Shown: one piece after another, positions 49,518 through 63,512 of the stretch | Layout of the letters: the number at the start of each line of letters is the position of its first letter | How positions within the stretch are numbered: the stretch's first letter is position 1 | Origin: Geosiphon pyriformis uo1 | Taxonomy: Eukaryota; Fungi; Glomeromycota | Reading direction: 5' to 3' | Length of the DNA: 64,000 nt | Assembly: GCA_016748015.1 (NCBI GenBank) | Contig: JAAOMT010000328.1 | Location: 388,955-452,954, forward strand | The notes under the pieces: model-generated | The model's input: the letters and a program-made list of their open reading frames with translations, nothing else | Told to the model about the DNA's origin: nothing | Databases searched by the model: none | Translations under genes and position numbers: made by a program

Positions 49518-52500
49518 TTATACTTGATTTTTGCTGATCATTTGGGTTGGTATTACCACAACAGGCAACCAATCAGGTCATTTATGGTATTTCTTGAGTC
49601 ATGTATCATGAACAGGATAATCATTAAAAATTGTTCCAGATTGATCTTAAAGAATATAAGAGTCATTGTTTAAAACTTTGTTGACTATATAGGATTCTTT
49701 CCATTGGCTAGAAAATTTATCATCATAGACATTGTCTCTGTCTGAATAGTATTTTAGTACCAAGTTTTTTCAAAAGCAATTATTTGTGCTTTTACCAAGG
49801 AATCACGAATGATATCAAGTCTTCTTTGCAAAATGTTTTTGTAATTTCCTATTGTGATTTCTTCAAAGAATATTGTTTCAATGTTAGTTTCTATTAGTAG
49901 TGTTGTCATGCATTCATAGAGCAGATAAAAAGATTCATAACTTGTTATGTCATGATTCACAGTTCTATAAGCAAACAAAGCTGAAGACAGTACTTTGTTT
50001 TATAAGTTTGTTTTTTTACTGGTTTTGGCTAGGGTTTCACATAATGTTTTATTAAAATGTTCCACTAAGATATTTGTTTGAGAATGATAAAGGGAAGAAA
50101 GTTTATGATGTATTTCCATTTTTCTACAAAGTTCTTCAACCAGTGTACTAAGAAAAGCTTTTCCTCTATCAGATAAAAGTTCTTTGGGGCAGTCATGATG
50201 GCAAATAATATCTTCATAAATGAAATTGGCTATTGAGAGTGCTGTTTGGTCTGGGGTAGCTCTTGCTTCTACCCACTTTGTAAGATAGTCGGTAGCTGTA
50301 ATAATATATCTGTTGCCATCAGGAGTAATTGTTAAAGATCCAACAACATCTATACCAATTTTGTCAAAGAGTTGACCAACAGAGATTGAATGGATATTTT
50401 TTTTGCGATTGGGTTTGCCTCTTCTTTGGCAAATGTCACAAATTTTAATGTATTCAGCAATGTCTTTTCCCAAGGTAGGCCAATAATAATGAGCTAAAGT
50501 TTTCTAAATTGTTTTTGTTTTTCCAAAGTGTCCAACTAATGGATTAGTGTGCATATTGTATATTACAATTTTTCTTTCTTCAAACCTAATAACTCTCTGG
50601 AGGTGGTTAGGATCTTTTCTGTTTCTTTTGTATAATTGGTTCTGGTAGATCAAATAGAAATTTGATTGTTTGCACAAATGTTTTTTTTGATGTCAAGTGT
50701 ATTTTGGTGGGTATTATTCTTTACCCAAAAATTCCATTAAAGCAGAGTAGTTGTCCAAGTCCATTATAGTGTTTGTTTGTAAAGGAGTTACTAATAATTA
50801 AATTGGTTTGGTTTGAGAGGTTGTACTATCACCGGATGGTAAGTCTAGAAAGAGCATTGGCATTTTGATGATTTGCTCCTTTGTGGTGTTGAATATCATA
50901 GTCAAATTTATCCAAGTGAAGTAACTAGCGAGTTATTTGTTTGTGTTCCAGCTTCTTTTTTTTGCACAGCCAAACCAAGGCTTAATGATCTGTTACTACT
51001 AAGAATTTTGCACCAAGAAAATATTGATCCCAGTAGCTAGTAGCCCAAACTACTGCTAGACATTCTTGTTTAGTAACTGAATAGTTCTTTTCTGCTGGTG
51101 TAAGAGATCTATTGGCATATGCTATGGCATGTTCTCTGCTATTTTCATCTTTTTTTGAAAAGATAATACCAAGTCCATAGCCAGATGTATCAGTGTAGAG
51201 GATAAAAGATTGGTCCAAATTAAGTTGTTTGAGAATTGGTTTAGTAACAAGTTTTTCTTTTAGAAATTTAAAAGCTTTTTGTTGATGAGTGCCTCAGTGA
51301 TAATTGACATTTTTCCTGAGTAGCTGATTGAAAAAAAAGGCAATTTTTGAGAAATCCTTGATAAATTTGTGATAGTAAGAAGCCAAACCAAGGAAAAAGT
51401 GTAGTTCAGGAACATTCATTGGTTGTCTAATGTTCTGGACTTTTTCAACTTTAGCTGAATCAGAGAAGATTCCATCTTTTGTAATAAGATGACCAAGGAA
51501 CTGGATAGATTGGTGTCCAAAGAAAGATTTAATTGGGTTGATCTTAAGGCCAGCATTTCTAAGCAGATCAAAAACCTTCTGTAAATGTTCAAGGTATTCA
51601 TCCCAGGTTTTTGAATATACCATTATGTCATCCAAGTAAACCAGAACAAAGTTTTCTTTTACTAATTCAAACACTTTATCCATTAGGCATTGAAAGGTGG
51701 GAGGAGCATTGGTGAGACCAAAAGGCATGACTGTGAATTCATAAGTGCCATACTTGGTGATGAAAACAGTTTTTTTTCTGCTTTCTGAATCCATCTCTAC
51801 TTGCCAGAATCCAGCAGTTAAGTCAATGGTTGAGAAGAAAGCAGTACCATTGAATTTATCTAGCATTGCATCAATTTTGAGAAGTGGGTATATGTCTCTT
51901 ATAGTAATGGCATTTAATTGGCAGTAGTTAACACAGAAGTGTAGAGTTCCATCTTTCTTGGATATCACTACAACTGGGAAAGCCCATTTACTCTTGGTTT
52001 CTTATATAAATCCAAGATCTTTTATCTGGTTTATCTCTTTCTTGATAAATTCATTATTACATCAATTGAATTAATAAAACTTTAAATAGATGGGGCGAGT
52101 TTTTTTGGTGGTAATAGTGTGTTGTATCACATGGGTTTATTCAGGGGTATTACCTTCTTTTGAGATAACTGGGCTATTTTTAGCCAACAGATTTTCAATA
52201 TCTACTTTTCTTTCTTTAGGGGAAGGTTTTCTTTGTTCTATAACTAATGATTGGATTTCAGGTGGTTCATTTTCAAAGAACTTTTGTACTTCTTTAAGTT
52301 TTTCTTGAGGTATTAAGCTAATTGGTTCTCAATCTTTGTAATAGATCAGGCAGGATTTGCATTCATCACTTGGTAAATACAAAAATTTATTACACCAGCA
52401 TTATGCACAAAGGCCATGTTACTAATAACTGTATTTTGCTTTCTTGCCAGGTTTTTTGTCAAAGGTTTTTCTGAGGATATCATAGTAGAGCCAGCAGATC

Positions 52501-53428
52501 AACTTGTTATTTACTATAATTCTTTCTTTGTTAACTTTAACATTGTCCAGTAGTTTGTCATTGCTGGTGAAGATAGTATAGGCAAGTTCAGCAGTTTCTT
52601 CTTGTTCTTCTTGATCTTTATTATCACTCTCATCATCATCTGATTCATCTGATTGTTTTTTTTCTTGGTTCTGTTTGAGTACTGGAGGAGTTGTCCAATG
52701 TCGGCATTTAACCACAATGGGTTTCTCACCACATCTGATGATTAGCTCACAAAGTTCATAGTTAAGTAGTGCTTTGGCTTTCTTAAGCCATTCATTACTA
52801 ACAATGATGATGTACTCTTTTGCTTTAGATACTTCCATATCAGTTTCAATGCTAATACCATTGATGTGAACAAGAATAGCTTTGGCTATGCCCAGGTCTT
52901 TCTTCTTGTCACCATGTACATTGATCATTGGTCTTGTGGAAGACTCATCAATTTTTCTGCCAATTGCTTCAAAAAAATGTTTGGCAATTACACTAACAAA
53001 TAATCCACTGTTTAGGATCAGATCAATGAAGTAATTAGCCACTTGGGTTTTACAAATCAGAGAGATGACATTGCTGTTATCAGCAAATCCAGCTTGGTAA
53101 AAACATTTGTTGATCTTTGGTGTCTTCTTTTTTGGTATCAATAATTTGCGAAAATTTTTTCTGAACTGTGGATGGGTTATCAGTTGGCCAAATGTAATGT
53201 GTGCTGGAGTTTTCATGAAATTTTTAACAACTGAATAGAATCCAGATTTTTGTACAATTTTTGAGGGTTCTAACTTTGGGAGATTTTTAAAAATTTTAGT
53301 CTTTAGTGGCTTATTGTTATCAGCAGATAATTTGGATGCTTTGTTTGGGTTCAAGACAAAATTAAACTTCACTTTCTTCTTCTTTTTAGTTGATTCAGAG
53401 GTGTTGATTGCTAGTTCATCCATATTAT
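49518..53428 (-). pseudogene. pol: Gypsy-C pol (start continues at 61064-61158)
   Basis: ORFs 52422-53423 (PR), 51294-51968 (RT, YLDD), 50982-51218 (RH), 50000-50473 (INT core). Confidence 0.92.
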
Positions 53429-54038
53429 TGTTACGAGTTGGAATAACAAGCTAACAGATAGCAAGGGAGAACAGAATTGTAGGATGATGAAAAAAATCAA
53501 AGGGAATTCAACTTCAAAGAACGAATTAAATAAGTATGGATTCAATGTGTGAGATCAGTCTCATAAAATATCTCAGTTGCTATACTTTTCAAAGATAACC
53601 AGGGAATCTAAACATAGAGAGATAGTCTGTACTGTTAACAAATGATCACACTTGGTATAATTCTATGTCTCATGTTGGTGCTCTTAGAATTCAATATCAA
53701 GTATCAGATGTGCTCTTCAGTCATGTTTTATTCAATAATCTTCAAATGCTGCAATTACACATTTCAGGAAAAGGATAAAGAATAACCAATAAGTAATCTT
53801 TTATCTTTAAGATGTTCAAATACTTGAAAGTAAGAAAAGAGAAATTAGCAATAAAAGAAGGATTGAGATAAAGTTGTTATTTTATTTCTTTTATTTCTTT
53901 GATTCTTACATGTTTTTCTACAGTTAAAAGATTTATTGCTTATATAGCTATCAAAAGTGGTCAATGATCAGGTCAATGATCACTTCTAAAAATAGAGTGG
54001 CTAATTTATATGACATCAGTGGCTAATACATGTGATAA

Positions 54039-54695
54039 TTAATAAAAAATATAAGTTTCAATCATAACATCATCCTTTCTAAAGAGATTGAGCTCCAGCA
54101 AAATCAAGCTATTCATGGAGTAATCTATTTGAAGGGTTTTATATAACTCAAAGCTAACTAGTTTGTTGAAGTCTTTTGTGGATAAGGTATATAACACTTA
54201 AGGCAAAATGAGTTTTGTATTCAAGAAACCAAATTTTTGTATTAGAGTTTTGGCTCTTTTAGCAATAGTTAAAACTCTTGAGACATCTAATTGTATAATG
54301 CCCAAAATTTCTGCCTGTATCTCTGAAGTTGTTTTTTTTATAAGCTTCATGTCTTCTATGATTTCACCAAGATGACCATAGAGTTCTAATTGTCTTCCAT
54401 ATGACAAGTTTTTGTCTATGGGCAAGATTTCCTTAATTGTTTTTTCAATTGTGATAGAAGATACAAGTATTGCTACTGTTATGCTTTTTAGCAGATACTT
54501 ATCCATTTTGCTACCAATTTTTTCTCTTCTGGTAGTAGTTTTCTTTGGTCTGATAACAGTATGTGTTCCACTGTTATCAGTTATGGTGGTTTGTTTTCCA
54601 ATGGTCAAAGTAGTATTTGGATAGTTTTTGATCCAATACTCATGAAGAGTATAGAAAGCATTTTGAATGTTTTGATCCAGAAAATAATTGTTTAT
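54039..54695 (-). pseudogene. Gypsy-E ORF3
   Basis: ORF 54198-54608 plus flanks. Confidence 0.72.
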
Positions 54696-54736
54696 GTTGA
54701 TTGAAGATACCTCTGTTTTGGGAATGGTGCATTTAT

Positions 54737-57700
54737 TTATACTTGATTTTTGCTGATTATTTGAGTCAGTATTACCACAACAGGCAACTAATCAGGTCGT
54801 TTATGATATTTCTTGAGTCATGTATCATAAACAGGATGATCATTGAAGATTGTTCCAGATTGATCTTGAAGAATATAAGAACTATTGTTTAAAACTTTGT
54901 TGACTATAAAAGGTCCTTTCCACCAGCTAGAGAATTTATCACCATAAACATTGTCTCTGTCTAAATAATATTCCAATACCAAGTTACCAATACTTAAAGA
55001 AAGTGTTTTATAAGTTTTCTTTTTCTTAAGCTTCTTTTGGAACTGTTTTATCTTTTCAAAAGCAATTATTTGTGCTTCTATTAAGGAGTCAAAAATGGTA
55101 CTAAGTCTTCTTTGCAAAATGTCTTTTTAATTCCCTATTGTGATTTCTTTAAAGGGTATTGTCTCAATATTAGTTTCTATTGGTAGAGTTGTCATTCTTT
55201 CATAGAGCAGATAAAAAGATTCATAACTTGTTATGTCATGATTTACAGTTCTATAAGCGAACAAGGCTGAAGGCAGTACTTTGTCTCATAGGTTTGTTTT
55301 TTTACTGGTTTTGGCTAAGGTTTCACATAATATTCTATTGAAACATTCCACTAGGCCATTTGTTTAAAAGTGGTAAGGGGAGGAAAGTTTATAACGTATT
55401 CCTATTTTTCTGCAGAATTCTTCAACCAGAATACTGAGAAAAGTTTTTCCTCTATCAGATAAAAGTTCTTTGGGGCAGCCATGATAATAAATAATATCTT
55501 CATAAATGAAATTGGTTATTGAAACTGTTGTTTAGTCTGAAATAACTCTTGCTTCTACCCACTTGTAAAATAGTTGATAGCTGTGATAATATATCTGTTG
55601 CCATCAGGAGTTATTGTTAAAGATCCAATAACATCTATACCAATTTTGTCAAATGGTTGACCAACAGAGATTGGATGGATATCTTTTTTTCTATTGGGTT
55701 TGCCTTTTTTTTGGCAGATGTCACAGGTTTTGATGTATTCAGCAATGTTTTTTCTCAAGGTAGGTCAATAATAGCGAGCTAAAGTTTTCTGTATTGTCTT
55801 TGTTTTTCCAAAGTGTTCAGCTAATGGATTAGTATGCATGTTGTAGATTACAATTTCTCTTTCTTCAAATCTTATAACTCTTTGGGGGCGGTCAGGATCT
55901 TTTTTGTTTCTTTTGTATAATTGGTTCTGGCAGATTAAATAGAAATTTGAATGTTTGCACAAATGTTCTCTTTGTTGTCAAGTGTAGTTTGGTGGGTATT
56001 GTCCTTTACTCAAAAATTCTATTAGGGCAGAATAGTTGTTCAAGTCTATTATCGTGTTTGTTTATGAAAGAGTTACTAATAATTAAGTTGGTTTGGTTTG
56101 AGAGGTTGTACTGTCACTGGATGGTAAGTCTAAAGAAAATATTGGCATTTTGATGATTAGCTCCTTTGCAGTGTTGAATATCATAGTTAAATTTATCTAA
56201 GTGGAGTATCCAGCGAGTTATCTGTTTATGTTTCAGATTCTTTTTATTGCACAGCCAAACCAAGGCTTGATAATCTGTTACTACCAGGAATTTGGCACCA
56301 AAAAAATATTGGTCCCAATAGCTAGTAGCCTAAACTACTGCTAAGCATTCTTGTTCAGTTACTGAATAGTTTTTTTCTGCTGGTATGAGAGATTTACTAG
56401 CATATGCTATAGCATGTTCTCTGTTATCTTCATCTTTTTGTGAGAGTACAGCACCAAGTCCATAACTAGATGCATCAATGTGGAGAATAAAAGGTTGGTC
56501 CAGGTCAGGTTGTTTAAGGATTGGTTCAGTAACAAGTTTTTTCTTTAGGATTTCAAAGGCTTTTTGCTGGTATGTGCCCCAGTGGTAATTGACATTTTTC
56601 CTGAGTAGCTGGTTGAAAGAAAAGGCAATTTTGGCGAAATCCTTAATGAATTTGCAATAGTAAGAAGCCAAACCAAGAAAAGAATGTAATTCAGAAACAT
56701 TCATTGATTGTCTAATGTTTTGAACTTTTTTAACTTTGGCTGGGTCAGAGAAGATTCCATCTTTTGTAATAAGATAACCAAAGAACTGGGTGGATTGGCA
56801 TCCAAAAAAAGATTTGATTGGATTGATCTTAAGACCAGCATTCCTGAGCAGGTCAAAAATCTTTTGCAAATGTTTAAGGTATTCATTCCAGGTTTTTGAA
56901 TATACCATTATGTCGTCCAAGTAAACCAGAACAAAGTTTTCTTTTACTGATTCAAACACTTTATCCATTAGGTGTTGAAAGGTGGGAGGAGCATTGGTAA
57001 GACCAAAAGGCATGACTGTGAATTCATAGATGCCATACTTAATAATGAAAGTAGTTTTCTTTTTGCTTTCTGGATCCATCTCTACTTGCCAGAATCCAGC
57101 AGTTAAGTCAATAGTTGAGAAAAAAGCAGCACCATTGAATTTGTTTAGCATTACATTAATTTTGGGGAGTGGGTATATGTCTCTTATAGTGATGGCATTT
57201 AATTAGCAGTAGTCAACACAGAAGCATAGGGTTCTACTTTTCTTGGATACCACTACAACTGAGAAAGCCCATTCACTTTTGGTTTCTTGTATGAATTCAA
57301 GATCTTTCATCTGGTTTATCTCTTTCTTGATAAACTCATCATTATGACGATTGGATTGATAAGGCTTCAAATAGATGAGCGAGTTTCTTTGGTGGTGATA
57401 GTGTGTTGTATCACATGAGTTCGTCCAAGGGTATCACCTTCTTTTGAGATAACTGGGCTGTTTCTAACCAATAGGTTTTCAATATCTACTTTTCTTTCTT
57501 TTGGGAAAGATTTTCTTTGTTCTATAACAAGTGATTAAATCTTAGGTGGTTCATTTTCAAAGAACTTCTGTATTTCTTTTATTTCTTCTCTGGGTATTAA
57601 ACTGATTGGTTTCCAATCTTTGTAATAGATTAGGCAGGATTTGCATTCATCACTTGGCAAATACAAAGGTTTATTGCACCAGCATCTGGCACAAGGGCCA

Positions 57701-58806
57701 TGCCACCAATAGCTGTATTTGGCTTTCTTGTTAGGCTTTCGGTCAAAGGTTCTTCTAAGGATATCTTAATAGGGCCAGCAGATCATCTTGCCATTTACCA
57801 TGATTCCTTCTTTATCTGCTTTGATATTATTTAATGATTTGCCATTGCTGGTAAAGATGGTGTAGGCAAGTTCAGCAATTTCTTCTTGTTCTTCTTGTTC
57901 ATTTTCTTCATCATTTTCTTTGTCATCTGACTCATCTGATTGCTCTTCTTCTTGGCTTTGTTTGGGTACTGGAGGAGTTGTCCAATAATAACACTTAACC
58001 ACAATGGGTTTCTTACCACATCTGATGCTTAATTCACAGAGTTCATAATCAAGCAAGGCTTTTGCTTTTTTGAGTCATTCATTGCCAACTATTATAGTGT
58101 ATTCTTTTGCTTCAGATACTTCTATGTCAGTTTTAATACTAATGCCATTGATTTGGACAGGAACAGCTTTGGCTATGCCCAGATTTTTCTTATTGTTTCT
58201 ATGTATGTTAGTCATCAGTCGTGTGGATGGTTCATTAATTTTTCTGCCAATTGCTTCTAAAAAGTGTTTGGCAATGATGCTAACAGATGATTTACTATCT
58301 AGGATTAGATCAATAAAGTAACCAGCCACTTGGGCCTTATAAATGAGAGGTGTAACATTGCTGTTGTCATCAAGTCCAGCTTGGTGTGAACATTTGTTGG
58401 TCTTTGGTGTCTTCTTCTTTGGTATTAATAATTTGCGAAGATTTTTTCTGAACTGTGGATGGGTCATTAGTTGGCCAAATGTAATATGTGCTGGGGTTTC
58501 TATGAGATCTTTAACAACAGAATAGGATCCAGATTTTTGTACAATTTCTGATGGTTCCAACTTTGGAGGATTCTTGAAAACTTTGGTTTTTGGTGGTTCA
58601 TTGTTATTGGCTGTTGATATGGAAGCTTTATTGGGATCCAGTATAAAATTAACCTTGGCTTTCTTCTTTTTTCTGGTTGATTCTGAGGTATTGATTGCCA
58701 GTTCGTTCATGTCATAGTCATCATCAGTTAAGTTGAAAGTGAAAAAAGGGTTTTCTTCTGTTTGGCTTGTACTTTCACTCTTTAGAGATGTGCCTACCAG
58801 TTTAAA
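54737..58806 (-). pseudogene. pol: Gypsy-E pol, disrupted
   Basis: ORFs 58075-58710 (PR), 56330-57151 (RT/RH), 55555-55962 and 54818-55117 (INT). Confidence 0.92.
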
Positions 58807-60346
58807 GGCTAATAAACTGTGGCTTCCACTAGAGGATCTTCTTCAAAGAAATTGATGTTGGCATGATTAGATCTTTGATTAGGAGCATTGTTGTTGATAG
58901 ATCTGTTGTTTTGATTGTCATTGTTTCTGAGAACTGGAGAGGCAAAGAAGGATTGTTGCAATCTTTTGAGAAGTGTCCAGTTAATCCACAACGGTAGCAC
59001 ACAGATGGGCCATGATTTTGTTGTCTTTAATAAGAGAGCTGTTGGGACTGATTAAAGCATGGCTCAAATCTAGGTCTTTGTGATTGTTGATTTTCTCTGA
59101 CTGCTTGGGCTAAGGGTTCCAATAGCCAAGCAAAATTGGCTGTAAGTCTATTTATTAATTGTTCATTGGGATTTTGAGTCTGGGCAGTAAAAGAGGTAGC
59201 AGCTATTTGAAGAGCAGGAGCCAAAATAAGAGCAGAAGTGAAGACTAAAAGTGTGAATTCCAAATGCATTCTTTGGTTATCTTCAATTTTTTGAGCTAAT
59301 TCAATAGCCATATCTATTGTAGGATTGTCTTTGAGGGCCAAGAGAGGCCAGAGAGCATATGATAGATCAGTTCTCAATTCTTTTGTGAAGAAGTGAATCT
59401 TTTGTTCTTCTGTCCAGTTTTTTTCAGAATCTACATGTTTGATTAGCTTTCTGATAACTTTGACATATTCAGTTACTACTTTTCCAGAGCTTTGGGTTCT
59501 TCTTTCCAGTTCCATGTGCCATTTGGATATTAATATTGGGATTCTGAATTTTGTTTCAAACTGGGTAGTAAAAGAGGTGTTGTTTTCTCCAGCATTTGCT
59601 GGTGCCCATCTAATGATTTTTTGATAAGCATTGGCATTGGTTTCTTGTGAAAACCAAGTAGCAGGAGAGCCTTGGAGGTAGCCACCAATGATTTGGAACT
59701 TGTATTTATTATCATATTGGTTTGCTGTGGCAGCTCTCTCAAAATTATCCAGCCATTCAATTAGATCTTGAATATTACCTCTGAATAATGGTAATGGGGT
59801 GTTGTTTCTTCGCCCTAAAGCAGTCTGTATATCTTGGAGAACAATCAGAATGTATTGTTGTAGAGGGTCTTGAGCCATTGGTTCAGGTGTAACTGTTTGT
59901 GTGGAGTGTTCTGATTTACTTGAAAAGAAATCAAAAACAGGAGTGGTTTGATAGCTTTCTTCTTCTGTTTCAAGAGGAGTTTCTGTTGATTGATGAACAG
60001 CAATCCAAATGTGGATTTGATGATTCAAATATTCGAGATCAGGAGACTGTTGTTCAAAGGTAGTAGAATATAAGAGCTGATTGATACTGTTGTTTTTTTC
60101 TTCAAAGTCATCTTCAAAATAAGCTTGGTCAAAGTAATAGGTTGTATAAGTTGTGTAGGTTTCAGCTGAATGCTCATTCAGAAACCAGTTTCAAAAGTTT
60201 TGGAATTGTCTGCTGGATTGTTTTTCAATGGGAAAGCAAATCAAGCAGAAGGGCAAAGGATTGAGTTCAATAAAGTCTAGATCATTTTTGTTGTGTGCTT
60301 TAAAGTGTTCTTCTGATTATTATGGCAGGTATAAATAATCACTCAT
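58794..60346 (-). pseudogene. gag: Gypsy-E gag, disrupted
   Basis: ORF 59027-60028 (WLDNFERAATAN, WTEEQKIHFFTK). Confidence 0.88.
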
Positions 60347-61145
60347 ACAATAGGAAACAAAGTGGATTTTAATAACCTCACAGGGAGCACCACTTTTATG
60401 TTACGGGTTGAAGTAACAAGCTAACAGATAGCAAGGGAGAACAGGATTGTAGGGTAATAAAAGGAATCAAAGGGAATTCAACTTTAAAGATTGAATTGAA
60501 TAAGTATAGATTCAATATGTGAGATCAGTTTCATAAAATATCTCAGTCACTATACTTTTCAAAGATAACCAGAAAATCTGAAGATAGAGGGATAGTCCGT
60601 ACTGTCAACAAATGATTACACTTAATATAATTTTATGCCTTACGTCAGCACTCTTAGAATTTAATATCAAGTATTAGATGTGCTCTTCAGTCACGTTTTA
60701 TTTAATAATCTTCAAATGCTGCAATTACACATTTCAGAAAAAGAGTAAAAAATAACCAACAAGTAATCTTTTATCTTTAAGATGTTCAGATACTTGAAAG
60801 TAGGGAAAGAGAAATTAGCGATAAGAGAAGAATTGAGATGAAGTTGTTATTTTATTTTTTTTATTTCTTTGATTCTTACATGCTTTTCTACAGTTAAAAA
60901 ATTTATTGCTTATATAGCTATCAAAAGTGGTCAATGATCAAGTCAATGGTCAGGTCAATGATCAGGTCAATGATTACTTCTAAAAATAGAATGGCTAATT
61001 TATATGACATTAGTGATTAATACATATGATAATTAATAAGAAGTATAAGTTTCAACCATAACATTATAATCATCATTAGTTAGATTAAAAGCATAAAAGG
61101 GGTTTTCTTCTGGTTGGCTTGTACTTTTACTCTTTGGAGGTGCAC

Positions 61146-63460
61146 CTACTAGTTTAAAGGCTAATAAACAGTAGCTTCAACTAAGGGATTCTCTTTAAAG
61201 AAATTGATTTTGGCATGATTGGGTCATTGATTGGGAACATTATTATTGTTGGGTCTGTTATTTTGGGTGTCATTATTTCTGGGAGCTAGAAAAGACAATA
61301 GAATATTGTTACAGTCTCTGGAAAAGTGTCCAGTTAGTCCACAGTAATAGCACACAGATGGGCCACAATTTTGTTGTCTTTGATATGGTGATTGCTGAGA
61401 CTAATTGAAGCAGAGTTCAAATTTGGGTCTTTGGGATTGCTGGTTGTCTTTGACTGCTTGGGCTAATAGGTCTAATAGCCAGACAAAATTAGCTGTAAGT
61501 CTATCTATTAACTGTTTATTTGGGTCTTGAGTTTAAGCAGCAAAAGAGATAGCAGTTATTTGGAGAGCAGAAGCCATAACAGGAGCAGGAGCAAAAACTG
61601 GAAGTGTGGATTCTAGATGCATTCTTTGATTGTTTTCTATTCTCTGAGCAAGTTCAATGGCCATATCCATTTGAGATTATCTTTTAAGGCCAGGAGAGGC
61701 CAAAAAGCATATGATAGATTAGTTCTCAGTCTTTTTGTGAAGGAATGTATTTTCTGCTCTTCTGTCCAATTCTTTCAGAGTCTATCTATTTAATGAGTTT
61801 TCTTATTGCTTTGGCATATTCTGTCACAACCTCACCAGGGCCTTGAGTTCTTCTTTCTAATTCTATATGCCATTTTGAGATTAAGATGGGAGTTCTAAAT
61901 TTCATTTTAAACCAGATAGTAAAAGAAATATTGTCTTCTCCAGCATTTGCTAGTGCCCATCTGATGATTCTTTGTTAAGCATTGGCATTGGTTTCTTGTG
62001 AGAACCAAGTAGCAAGAGAGCCTTGGAGATAGCCACCAACAATTTGGAACTTGTATTCATTATCATATTGGTTTGCTGTGGCAGCTCTCTCAAAATCATC
62101 TAGCCATTCAATTGGATCTTGGACATCATCTCTGAATAACAGTTATGGGGTGTTGTTTCTTTGCCCTAAAGCAGTCTGTATATCTTGAAGGGTGATCAGA
62201 ATGTTTTGTTGTAGAGGGTCTTAAGCCATTGGTTCAGGTGTAACTGTTTGTGTGGAGTGTTCTGATTTACTTGAAAAGAGATCAAAAACAGGAACAGTTT
62301 AATAGCTTTCTTCTTCTGTTTTAAGAGAAGTTTCTGTTGATTAATGGGCAGCAATTCAAATGTGGTGTTATAATTGAAACTTATACTTCTTATTAATTAT
62401 TACATGTATTAACTACTGATATCACATAAATTAGCCACTCTATTTTTAGTAAGTGATCATTGATCTGATCAATGACCTGACCGTTGACTTAATCATTAAC
62501 TTAATTATTGATCTGATCAATGACCTTATTATTAACCTGATTATTGACCTGATCATTGACCTAGTCATTGACCTGATTATTGACCACTTTTGATAGCTAT
62601 ATAAGCAATGAATCTCTTAGCTGTAGAAAAACATGAAGAAATAAAGAAATCAAGGAAATCAAATAAATAAAATAACAACTTTTATTTTAATCCTTCTCTT
62701 ATTGCTAATTTCCCTTTCCCTACTTTCAAGTATCTGAACATCTTAAAGATAAAAGATTACTTGTTGGTTATTTCTTACTCTTTTTTTGAAATGTGTAATT
62801 GCAGCATTTGAAGATTATTAAATAAAACATGACTGAAAAGTACATCTGATACCTGATATTGAATTCTAAAAGCACCAATGTGAGGCATAGAATTGTATCA
62901 GGTGTGATCATTTGTTGACAGTATGAACTATCCCTCTACCTTTAGATTCTCTGGTTATTTTTGAAAAGTATAGCAACTGAGATATTTTATGAAACTGATC
63001 TCACATATTGAATCCATACTTATTTAATTCACTCTTTGAAGTTGAATTTTCTTTGATTCCTTTTATCACCCTACAATTCTGTTCTCCCTTGCTATTTGTT
63101 AGCTTGTTACTCCAATCTGTAACAGTGGATTTGATGATTCAGATATTCGAAATCAGGGGGCTGTTGTTTAAAGATTGTAGAATATAAGAGCTGATTGATA
63201 TTATTGTTTCTTTCTTCAAAGTTATCTTCAAAATAAGCTTGGTCAAAATAATAGGTTGTATAAGCTGTGTAGGTTTCAGCTGAATGCTCATTCAGGAACC
63301 AGTTCCAAAAGTCTTGAAATTGTCTACTGGATTGTTTTTTAATGGGGAAGCAAATCAAGCAGAAAGACAAAAGATTGAGTTCAATAAAGTTTAGATCATT
63401 TTTATTGTGTGCTTCAAAGTGTTCCTCTAATTGTTGTGATAAGTATGAATAATCACCTAT
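61146..63460 (-). pseudogene. gag: Gypsy-C gag, split by a solo LTR
   Basis: Colinear with the gag of D and E; ORF 63107-63370 (FCLICFP...FWNWF). Confidence 0.85.
62366..63124 (+). repeat. Solo LTR in the gag of copy C (10 units of the 12-bp repeat)
   Basis: TSD GTGG/GTGG. Confidence 0.95.
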
Positions 63461-63512
63461 ACAATAAGAAACAAAGTGGAATTTGACAACCTCACAGGGA
63501 GCACCACTTTTA

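Larger units (their letters stand above)
53429..61063 (-). mobile_element. Gypsy family 1 copy E, complete and uninterrupted (~7.6 kb), inserted in the pol of copy C
   Basis: LTRs 53429-54069 and 60399-61063; TSD TTAT/TTAT. Confidence 0.95.

Noticed and set aside
62453-62587. 12-bp repeat arrays as a CRISPR-like array
   Set aside because: Head-to-tail units with no unique spacers, located inside eukaryotic LTRs; no cas genes.
2202-63370. Alternative genetic code or stop readthrough to explain the frequent stops
   Set aside because: Stop positions mostly differ between copies and map to Trp/Gln/Arg codons, consistent with mutational decay.
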